64,000 nucleotides of DNA, taken from contig CAWGMQ010000004.1 of the NCBI GenBank assembly GCA_963823665.1, positions 2,112,001-2,176,000 on the forward strand. The letters are read 5' to 3'. Each line of letters opens with the position of its first letter. Within the stretch, counting starts at the first letter, position 1. This DNA comes from an uncultured Planctomycetota bacterium (GTDB lineage: Bacteria > Planctomycetota > Planctomycetia > Isosphaerales > Isosphaeraceae). A program made the position numbers and the translations under genes. Of the stretch, positions 52,701-63,100 are shown in pieces. The notes under the pieces are model-generated. The model worked only from the letters and a program-made list of their open reading frames with translations. It searched no databases and was not told where the DNA came from.

Positions 52701-55700
52701 GGATGGTGCGTTTCTCTCGACTTCTCCCCGGACGGAACGCTGCTGGCCAGCGGCGGCCGCGACGGGAGGGCGATCCTCTGGTCCACCGCGACCTGAAAAG
52801 CGACGCACAGGCTCCAGAATCCCGAGCCGGGCCCAGATCCAGACAGGTGGGATATGGAGAGCCAGGCGGGACGCGGTTTTGTCGATGACGTAGCCTTTTC
52901 GCCGGACGGCAAGACCCTGGCGCTCGCCAGTCGTTCGGGGAACGTGCAATTGTGGAACGTCGCCACCGGAGAACTTTTGGAATCGGTCAAGGGGCATTCC
53001 GGTGCGGTCTCTGCGGTGGCGTTTTCGCCGGATGGTCGCACCCTGGCCTCGGGCAGCTTTGACCAGACGGTCCGCCTCTGGAATGTTCCGACGCGGCGCG
53101 AGCTGATGCAATTGGATGCCGGCAGCGTCGAGCTGGGTAGTGTGGTATCCCTCGCCTTTTCCCCCGACGGCAAGCACTTGTTGGCCGGAGGTCACAGCCG
53201 CACCGCCTTCTGGTCCGACGCGCCGATCGTCTGGAACGATCCCGACCGAGCCGCCGCCAGACTGCAAGTTCTGCTGCACTCGGGCGCCGACTTCCAGAGC
53301 CGCATTCGGATGTTGTCCGAGAACCTCCGGCTGCACGAAGCGCTGGCGAAGCTAGACACAAATGATGGGCGTGTGCGCGCCGCTCTGGCCGCCATGCAGG
53401 CCAACTGGCATGCCTCGCGCCAGGCCTGGCCTGAGGCCGTCCAGGCGCTTGATCGCTTGGCGGCCGCCGATCCAACCCATCCCGAAGAGTGGCTGCGTAC
53501 GCCCGGCTTGCTTCGACTGGCGACGGCCCTGTGGCATCAGAATCGGCCTCGTGACGCCACGGCTCTGTTGAGGGGGGGTGCCAGGCGCCGGGAGCAGGAT
53601 GGCGTTTCGGCCACCGTCCATGATGCGGCGACCGGCGCATGGTTGCACCCCCTGCGGGCGGCCATTGACGAACGGCTCACCAAGGAGCCTCGCAACCCGG
53701 GGCTGCTCGAGCTGCGTGCCGAGCTTGCCGGCCAGTGGTCCAATGCGAACTCTCAGGTGGCCGACTACACGGCCGCCATCGACGTCCTTTCCCAGCAGAC
53801 AGCCGCGGATGAGGCCGTCGATATTCAGCGGCTTTACAGCCGTCGAGGCAACGCGCATGTCGCCTTGCAACAGTGGCAACAGGCGGTCGATGATTACGCT
53901 CGGGCCGTTTCCGACACGACAAGCGATGAGGCCTTGCTATCCAACCAGGCGCTCGCGCGGGCGGAGCTGTTCCTTGCATCCAAGAGGGAGCCGGAATACC
54001 TGGCGGCGAGAAAGCTCACCGATCCCTGGCAAAAGGTGGCAGCCGCGTATCAGCTCGAAGGAGACCAGCGGGCCATTGACCGACTGGTCAAGCAACGACC
54101 GAAGCTGGCGGGCTTCATCGGCGACCTCTTCACGCAGGAGCCGAAGAAGGACTGGCAACGGGCCGTCGATATCTACAACCAGGGCATCGCCCCAGAGACG
54201 ACCGACGTAGACTTGCTCTCGAAGCGGGCTCGTGCCTATGAGTGGCTCCAGAAGTGGGATGCCGCCGCGGCCGACTGGTGGTGCGCCGCGACTGGAAATC
54301 CGTTAGGGGTAAGACTGCTCGCCGAGTTCGCGCAACGACTTGCCGGCGCAGGCCAGGTACCGTTGGCGAACGCTCAGTTCGACAAGGTTCAAGCACTCTA
54401 CGAACGATCGCTGGCCGCGGACCCGGAAAATGACGTGGTGGCAACGGAGTCGCGCAACTGCTATGGGACAAGCACGAGACCAGGAACCCCAGTCAATGGA
54501 CAGTTCTCAAGCCGGCGGAAATGAAATCCCAGGGCGGCGCCAAGTTGACCAAGTTTGGACGATGATTCGATTCTGGCCGGGGGCGTGAATCCGCGGCCCG
54601 ACCAGTATACCGTCAAATTCATCATCCCCAAGAGTACAGAGATTCGCTCGATCCGGCTGGAGGCGTTGACCCATGATTCGTTGCCGGGACGTGGCCCGGG
54701 CCGCGGGTATGCTGGTGACTTTTACGTGGGCCGCTGGGATGTGACGGTGAAAGGCGGCAGGCGGTGCGGATTCGCCGCGCTCGTTGAGTTTCCACTCTGC
54801 GTGCGCCGACTATTCCACGAATGACGCCCCGTTGGCGTCGTGGGGCGGGTGGAGTATGACCACGGCTATTCCTGGAGTAAGGCCCCAGGAGAATCACCGT
54901 TCGGTTTGGGGCCTTTCTGAGCCGATCACGTTGGCAGCCGGCACGGAATTGGTTTCTCACATGCGCTTCCAGGAGGCGGCGGCTGGGGAGCGGGCGGATC
55001 AAAATCTCGGCCGCTTTCGTGTATCCGTCTCCGGTGACCCTGCGGCGTTCGACCGGGAACAGGCGCGCTTCGCGGTGCTCGAGCTCACCAATCCCTGGGC
55101 GAAGCTCGCCACAGCGTATCACCTTATCGGCGACCAGCAGGCGCTCGACAACCTGCTCAAGCATCACCCGACAGCGGCTGCCGCCGTCGGCGATCTGTAC
55201 GCGGCCGAAAAGGATTGGGAGCGGGCCATCGCCGAATATCGCAAGCGGCTTAACGACCAGACGGCCGACTCCTTGTTGACCAAACTCGCCACAGCCTACC
55301 AGTCGGCCGGCCGCACGCGCGAGGCGGTTCCGCATCTGGCGAGGGCGTCCGCCGCCGATCCGAACGACACGTTACTCTCTCTGAAGGTCGCCGCTCTCCA
55401 GGCGTGGTTCGGACAGGAGAAGGAACTCGCGGCCACCCGGCAGCGCATCCGCGCGTTCGCTCAGGACACCGACGATGCGGGTACGGCCGAGCGCGCGGCC
55501 AAGGCGTGCAGTATCCGGGCGTCCAGCGACAAGGCGGAGCTCGATGCGACATTGGCCCTCGCGCGCGAGGGGGTGGAACTCAATAAGGGTAGCCAATGGC
55601 GCGATTGGCGGCTGCTGGCCCTCGGCATGGCGGAATACCGTAGCGGCAACCACGCGGACGCCACTGAGGCGCTGCTCGCCGCCGCAAAGGCTGCCTCGAA

Positions 55701-55956
55701 CAATCCCATCGTCACGGGCATTTCCGCATTCTACCGGGCGATGAGCCTGTCTCGGCAAGGAAAGCCCGACGAGGCCCGCAAACTCGCAATCGGGGCCACT
55801 GCGCAGATGAAGCCCCTGCCGAAAGACGAGCAGAATCCGCTTGCCAACGGTGCCGACCACGACGACCTGATCCTGTGGCTGGCCTATAAGGAAGCGAAGG
55901 CGATGATCCATTTCGATGCGACCGCCGCCGCGCCCGCAACAGCCGGCGGGAAATGA
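49758..55956 (+). CDS. giant Ser/Thr kinase - TM - WD40 - TPR - beta-sandwich - TPR protein (many frameshifts; possibly a pseudogene)
   Basis: [27 protein letters not shown] spread over two frames; body homologous to the 42292 gene from [19 protein letters not shown] onward; frame breaks near 50152, 50695, 51295, 51372, 52060, 52795, 54450, 54553, 54765. Confidence 0.8.
55695..55839 (+). repeat. 145-bp identical repeat, copy B (3' end of the kinase gene)
   Basis: Identical by eye to 49417-49561. Confidence 0.88.
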
Positions 55957-56977
55957 CCGCGTGACTGCGATCCGATTCGCGCCTGCCCTTCACACGGTCA
56001 TCACCGTCTCCCGAGGAAATGACCCACGTCCGGGAGATGCACACAACCTTGGGCAGATGGCCGTCGTCCGAGAGAAGTTCCAGGGGCTCGAACCCCCTGG
56101 CAATTGACCTGCGCTTCATTGGAGCGGGTTGTGGCCAAGGCGTGGCCGACAGAAGTCTCGATCCTATAGCACTTGCGGCCGATTTAAGCGGCGAGTGTAC
56201 CGACAGGAGTGTCGGCTGCACGGCGCCCGCGCCGCGCGCGCATACAGAATGAATTTTCTTCCGTACTCGATCTGATCGGTGGAACCCGGAAACTTTCTGG
56301 AAATTTCCCGGTCAACAACGCCACGAATCCGTAAAGTCGTCGCATATTACACGTGAGGACGTGCACCGCGTGAGGCGTTTTGCACCGGGCGGCAGGAAAT
56401 CCAGGCCAATGCCCTGGGCCCTTTTGTTTTGGCCTTTCAGGCCGATCATCAATGGCCGAATCGCGAAAGTGGGCCCATAATATACATAGCTCAGTCTCGA
56501 TCGCTGACACCGGAGTCGGCGCGAGGCATCACACCACCCATGTCTCTGGAACCGGGAATGACTGCTTCGTTTGCTCGAGCGCGTGCTCGAGGATCTCAGC
56601 TCTGCCTGACCACGCCTGTGCCGTGGGAAGAACGGGGCGGGACCGCGCTCGGGAACTGGGCTCGGTGCACGACGAAATCGCCCCGAGTTTTGAGCTGTGC
56701 CGAGCGTGGGACGGGTCTGGACCACGGTGAGGGTGAGTTTTCACCCGTTGGGCCGAGGGATCAAGGAGCGGGACTAATGGCGTTATCCTCTTTGGTTCTC
56801 AGGATTTCCGTGCTGCTTCAGGGTGTTCCGGCCAGCCATCGGACGGGGCTCAAGAAAGCAAGCAAAATGAGACTTTTTCAGGGTCAAGAGTCCCATTCAA
56901 CGGGTCGAGCCGCGTACGGCCCCCTCACGGCCCGTGAACTTGGGTCGAGTAAGGTCTGGCTTGGTTTACCTCATTAT

Positions 56978-57200
56978 GTCGACGTTGCCATATGGCGACG
57001 CGCGTCAGTGGCCGTTGGCACGTTGGTGCTCTTAGCCCGACATTTAGCATGGTCCGAGAGGCTTCGACCTTGTCATTGGTGACTTGCCATGCCGGGTTTT
57101 TCCGGCGTGGTATTGATCCCGTTGGGGAGACTATTTCGTTCCCGATACCCCTCTTGGCTCGCGGCGCCTTGTCGTTTCACCACACCTACCCGCGAAGCGG
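56978..57200 (+). ncRNA. candidate IS110 bridge RNA in the left non-coding end
   Basis: Non-coding and hairpin-rich (CGTTGCCA/TGGCGACG at ~56984-57000; GCCATGCCGG/CCGGCGTGGT at 57086-57111); contains TGGGGAG (57123-57129), matching the inferred right-end terminus. Confidence 0.45.
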
Positions 57201-57209
57201 AGAGATCCC

Positions 57210-58649
57210 ATGCTTGTCCCCCACGAAGAGCCGAAGAAGCCACGCAAGCCCAAGAAGCCGAGCAAACCCAAGGAGCCGACCAACAAGCCGCGGGTCAGGT
57301 CGCTTCCCGTCCCCGTCCCCGCCTCCTCTGCACCGCTCAGTGTCGTGAATCCAGACGCAGCCGGAGTTGATGTTCATTCCGACATGCATATGGTCTGCGT
57401 TCCCGCTGACCGCGACGTTGACCCAGTCCGCCAGTTCGGTGCCAACACCGCCGATCTTCAGGAGATCGCCGTGTGGTTAAAGAAATGCGGCGTAAAAACC
57501 GTCGCGTTGGAATCCACCGGCATTTACTGGATTCCTCTGTTCGAGCTCCTCGAATCCCAGGGCTTCGAGGTTATGCTGGTCGAACCGGGACAGCTTTCGC
57601 GTTGTGGCGCGCGCCCCAAGACGGACGTACTCGACGCGCAGTGGATCCAGCGGTTGCACTCCTACGGCCTCTTACGTGGGTCGTTCCGACCTCCGGACTC
57701 CGTGTTGGCCCTGCGCCTACTCCCGGCAACGGCAGATGCTGGTGCGTTACGCCGCTGCTCATGTCCAACACATGCAGAAGGCCTTGGAGCAGATGAACGT
57801 CAAACTGACGGAAGTCATGAGCGACATCACGGGACTGACGGGCATTTCGATCATCGACGCCATTCTGCGAGGCCAACGCAATCCCAAGAAGCTGGCCAAA
57901 CTGCGGCATGGGCGCTGTAATCACAGCGAGGAGCAGATTGCCCTAGCGTTGGAAGGGACATGGCGGCCCGAACATCTCTTCGAGCTGCGGCAGGCCGCGA
58001 GCTGTACCAGTTCCATCATGGGCAGATCACCGAGTGTGACCAGCAGATTGAAGCCGAACTGGCCAAATTCGAAAACCGGGCGGGAGAGAAGACACAAACT
58101 GGTAAGCCACGCACGCGTGGTCGCAAAAGCAACGATGCCCGATTCGAGGCGACGGGCCCGTTGTTCCAGGCATTGGGTGTAGACCTGACAAAAATCGAGG
58201 GAATCGGCGTGGGAACGGCCCTGATCATTCTGGCCGAAATCGGTGTGGACGTCAGTCGGTTTCCCACGGAGAAGCACTTCGCAAGTTGGCTGCGTCTTTG
58301 TCCTTCCCAGGATGAGAGCAATAAGACCAAAAGACGTCGCGGTCATCGCCAAGGGAAGAACCGAGTCGCTATCGCCCTACGGATGGCCGCGCAGTCAGCA
58401 GGCAAGACGATGACACCCTTGGGCATGTACTACCGACGGATCAAAAGTCGGATCGGTGGACTTGGAGCCGTCAAGGCGACTGCACACAAGCTGGCCTGTT
58501 TGGTCTACAGGATGCTCAAGTACGGCGAAGAGTATGTGACCCAGTCGATGGAGGAGTACGAGGCCAAGATCAAAGCCAATCTGGTGAGAGCGCTCCAGCG
58601 GAAGGCGGCGGCGATGGGCTTCCAGCTCAGTCCGATAGCAACGCTATAG
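57210..58649 (+). CDS. IS110 family transposase/recombinase (frameshifts near 57716 and 57997)
   Basis: DEDD RuvC-like motifs AAGVDVH, VALESTGIYW, KTDVLDAQWI; C-terminal IEGIG, AEIG.D.SRF, FASWLRLCP, ATAHKLA. Confidence 0.93.
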
Positions 58650-59793
58650 AGGAATCGATCGAGGCCGTCGCCATCGCGCTACAGGCCTGTCACAATGCTC
58701 AACGCCGCGAAGCCCACTTCTCGCATATTCGTTGTTATGGGGGTCTGGGGGAAATCTGCGCGTCGTTCGCTACAAAATGCAGGAACAAACCCCAAATAAT
58801 CGAGTCATGTTGTTGATTGCTTGGGGAGTTCATGGGGAGTTCCATTCACTTATACTTATTTATGGCATGCGATACATGTCTCGAGAGCCGGAACGAGGCA
58901 TTTTCGATTTTGGATTTTGGATTGGACGAGCTAAGGCCCGGGACAGAGCTGGAGGGAGAGCGGATCACGGTGACCGGCACGGCCGGGTGCTATTCCCGTA
59001 ATCCTTGTGGCATAAGGGCGCACGTCGAATATACAAAACGAACTCTTCGGTGAAGGTAGAGGGTTGAACACGGAAAGCGGGAGCCAGGCATGCCCGTGCT
59101 AGTGGTTAAGGTCATCATCGCGGACAGGCCGATCGAGAACTCCACACTTCAGGGCACGGAGATCGTCGGCACTACTACCCGAACGCGGCCTGTTCTGAAC
59201 CGGGCCACTTTTCGAGAGGTTCGGCAGCCCGCGACTATGCGGTGAACACGGCAGGCCGGATATCAGGCGAGACGAGAACCGATCGCGACGCGATGTCCAC
59301 TTTGAGGGTGGACGGCAGCTTGGATCTGTACCCGGTGAGGCAACGCGCGATCGGCGCGCGTTACGAATATTCCTGCGCCACACGCAACTCGCAGAAGGAC
59401 ATGGGTTTGTGTTGATTTCGTGCACACCGATTATTCCTGCGCCACACCTAACTCCAAGCGCCGCTAGGCTGTGGCGCATGTGCGCACAATCGGGGGTCTC
59501 GCAAACTGTTTTTTGCTTCCTCCGGCCTTGAGAGAGCGAGCGTCCCGCTCTCAGGCGGCCGTTTCGATGGGCGAGGCCGGCGAGCATGTCGTCGTGGGTA
59601 ATGTCATCGTGGCCACATGGCTCACCGAGCACGTTGCGCTACGAGGTCCAGGTGTTCCAGCGGCAACTGGCCGATCATGACCCGTATATCATCCGGGACT
59701 TCCGTCACGTCCTCCGAGAGATGCAGAGCCTGATATCGGCGCGGCTACGCAAGTCGTAATCTTGAGCCGGTTGTCTGACAGAATTCGGGAGCC

Positions 59794-60066
59794 TTGTCGA
59801 TGCCGCGGACGCGTGCCAGGTTGATCGCGAGCTTGGTGGTGCTTGGCGTCTTGCTCACGGGAGGCACCGCGGTGATCTATCGCGAGATCGTCGAGCGCTG
59901 GGGAGCCGATCCACGTGGGACACTGATCGCCGCAGCGACGGTCGGGATCTCATTCTTTATCTCGATGAACTTACTGCTCGCCTGGGATGAGGGGCGACGA
60001 CGAAGACTTGGTTTGAAGGAAAATGGAGCGGGGCAATCCAGAGGCGATGATCCGCGATCCTCATAA
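59794..60066 (+). CDS. small two-TM membrane protein
   Basis: Two hydrophobic helices; GGGAG upstream. Confidence 0.55.
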   Translation: MSMPRTRARLIASLVVLGVLLTGGTAVIYREIVERWGADPRGTLIAAATVGISFFISMNLLLAWDEGRRRRLGLKENGAGQSRGDDPRSS

Positions 60067-60196
60067 TTCAGAAGGCTGTTGGTGGAATCTCGATTTCGGC
60101 TGGCCGCTCGGATAGCCTGTTATCCATCGACCAAGCGGTAAAAGCCTCTTGGAGAAAACGACGCTCTGTCGCAAGCGAAACGAGGAACTTCCGGCG

Positions 60197-63100
60197 ATGT
60201 CACACGTCATGCACTTGATCGCGGCTTTATTGCCTCTTTTCGCTCAAATCCCTGACAAGGGAGATGTGCTCAAGACCGTTGCCGAGCGGAGCGAGTATCG
60301 CGCGACCGCGCGGTATGACGAGGTGGCCGCGTGGTGTCAGGCATTCGCCAAGACGACGCCGCTTGCGCATTTGACTGAGCTGGGCCGATCTTCCGAAGGG
60401 AGATCGATCCCGCTGTTGATCGTCGCGGATCCTCCGGTCCGATCGGCTGCGCAAGCCACGCGCTCGGATAAGTTGATCGTTTTTGCGATCGGCAATATTC
60501 ACGCCGGTGAGGTTTGCGGTAAAGAGGCGTTGCCGATGCTCTTGCGTGAGATTTGCTCGAGCCCGCATCCGGCTTTGCTCAAGGACGTCATCTTGGCCGT
60601 TGCGCCGATTTACAACACGGACGGAAACGAGCGCGTCTCGAAGACGAACAGACCAGGCCAAGTTGGTCCGGAAGAGGGGATGGGCCAGCGGGCGAATGCA
60701 CGAGGCCTCGACCTGAACCGTGACTTCATCAAGCTGGAAGCACCGGAGACCCAGGGGCTCGTTCGCTTCTTGAACCAATGGAACCCTCACCTTTTTATCG
60801 ACACGCACACGACGAACGGTTCTTACCACCGTTACACGATCACGTACGAAGGGCCGAAGACACCCGCCGGTGATTCCCAGGTCATCAGCTTCATGCGCAA
60901 GACCTTTTTCCCCGAGGTCACCACGGCGTTCGAGAAGCGAACCGACTTGAAGGCGTACTATTACGGGAATTTCAATCGCGATCACACGCAGTGGACGACG
61001 TATCCAGCCGAGGCCCGATATGGCACGACCTACGTCGGACTGAGAAACCGTCTGTCCGTTCTCTCCGAGGCGTACACGTACGCACCATACAAGACGCGCG
61101 TGCTGGCCACACGCGACTTTGTGCGCGAGTGCGTGGAAACAGCAGTAAAGCATAAGGCTGAAATCATCAAGGTGCTCGACGGGGCCCGCGAGCGCTCCGC
61201 ACACGCCACACCTTCTTCCCCCAACGCGCCAGTTGAGATGGCAGCAATCCAATCCAAAGTTCGAGCTGCGGGAGAACCGGTGACTGTGCTCGGTTATGTC
61301 GAGACCCAGGAAAACGGTCGCCGCAAGAAGACCGATACCACAAAGGACTATGCGCTTCAGTTGATGAACGAGTTTGAGCCGGCGGAGAGCGTCAGGCGTC
61401 CGTTTGCCTATCTCGTTCCGGCTTCATTCCCGCAAGCGATCGAGGCGATCAAGCGGCATGGCCTTGAAGTCCAGGAGATGCGGGAGGATCTCGAGCTTGA
61501 TGTGGAGGTCTACCGGCTCGACAAAGTGGAGCGCTCGCCGCGCCGTTTTGAGGGCCATCAATCTATCAAGCTCGCGACGACATCGCGCCGCGAGTCGCGG
61601 ATGATCAAGGCTGGAAGTCTCGTGGTGCGCACGGCCCAACCTCTGGGAGATCTTGCGATTTATCTCCTCGAACCGGGCTCCGAGGACGGGCTGGCCACAT
61701 GGAACTTTTTCGACGAGGGGTTGAAGGATGGAGTCGATTTCCCGGTCGTCCGGCTGGCTCGGCCAGCACCGATGACCGTCAGCCCGGCCGAGCCCCTGGC
61801 GGAAGACCGTGGGCCGATTCGCCCAATCACGTTTCAATCAGCAGGTGGCGGGGGCGGGCGACGAGGAGGGGGGGGGTTCTTTGGACGGCAGCAATGGGTC
61901 GACGACGAGCATTGGCTGCAAGTCCGGGACGGCCGTCTGGTCAAAGTGCACGCGGCAACGGGGCGTGCCGAGCCTTTCGTGGATGCAAAAGCATTGGCCA
62001 AGAGCCTCGCCCGGATTCCCTCGCTCGACGCGGATACTGCGCAAGCGATCGCCGGAGGAATGTCTTTCGACATGGATCCGAAGCATCGAGGCTTCCTCTT
62101 CGAGCATGCTCAGGACCTTTACTACGCGTCATTTGATCTGGCGACTGCAGTTCGATTGACGAACGCGCCCGGCCGTGAGCAATTTCCCAAGTTCAGCCCC
62201 GATGGCAAGGCGGTTGCGTATGTGCGCGACTTTGACCTTTACGCAGTGGACATCGCCAGTCAAAGCGAGCACCGTTTGACCACCGGCGGCCGCGATGACC
62301 TGCGCCACGGTCACTCCGACTGGGTCTACTTCGAAGAGATCTGGAATCGCCGCTGGCCTGCGTACTGGTGGAGCCCCGATTCGAAGCAGCTTGCGTTCAT
62401 GGAATTTGATGATTCGGGGGTTCCGTACCACACCGTGATCGATGACACCGGCAGCACCAGGCGAGAAGAAAAGACCCATTACCCGAAGTCGGGCGAGCCG
62501 AACCCGAAGGTGCGATTCGGGGTTGTCACGGCGCTGGGGGGACCGATTCAGTGGGCCGATTTGTCGGATTACTCACCAGACTCATTCTTAATCAGCGACG
62601 CGGGCTGGTGGCCGGACAGCTCGGCGGCGTATTGCTATGCACAGAACCGCACGCAGACCTGGCTCGATCTCGTCAAGTTCAACCCGGGTGGACAGGGTTC
62701 TGTCAAGCGTGTGTTCCGTGATTCGACGAAGGCGTGGATCGAATCCAACGGGCCCATTCACTGGCTGGACGACGGGTCGTTCCTCTGGCTCAGCGAGCGC
62801 GATGGCTGGAAGCACCTGTATCACTACGCCGGCGATGGCACCTTGAAGACTCAGCTTACCTCGGGGAACTGGGAGGTTCGCGCACTGGAGCATGTCGACA
62901 CCAAGAATGGCTGGGCGTATTTCACCGCAACTCGCGACAACCCGGTGGCGACGAACCTCTACCGCCTCAAGCTTGGGGGAGGCTCGATGGAGCGACTCAC
63001 TCAGTCAGAAGGAAGCAACACGGCCTCGATGAGCCCGCAAGGCGGTTATTTCGTCTCGAACTGGTCCGATATTCGCAACCCAGGGAACACGCGGCTTTTC

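Larger units (their letters stand above)
56947..58840 (+). mobile_element. IS110-family insertion sequence (ends inferred)
   Basis: Contains an IS110 transposase; GAGT at 56947-56950 and 58837-58840; joining these ends creates TTGCTT-17bp-TAAGGT; family call is confident, ends are less so. Confidence 0.7.

Noticed and set aside
49758..55956. Programmed frameshifting or phase variation as the cause of the many frame breaks
   Set aside because: No slippery heptamers or long simple repeats at the breaks; sequencing error or decay is more parsimonious.
55960..56940. ~1 kb region with short ORFs (e.g. 56529-56744 minus)
   Set aside because: No recognisable motif, RNA gene or repeat; left unannotated.
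59586..59759. 57-aa ORF ending LRYEVQVFQRQLADHDPYIIRDFRHVLREMQSLISARLRKS
   Set aside because: The second half looks protein-like and may be a gene relic, but there is no identifiable family or clear start.
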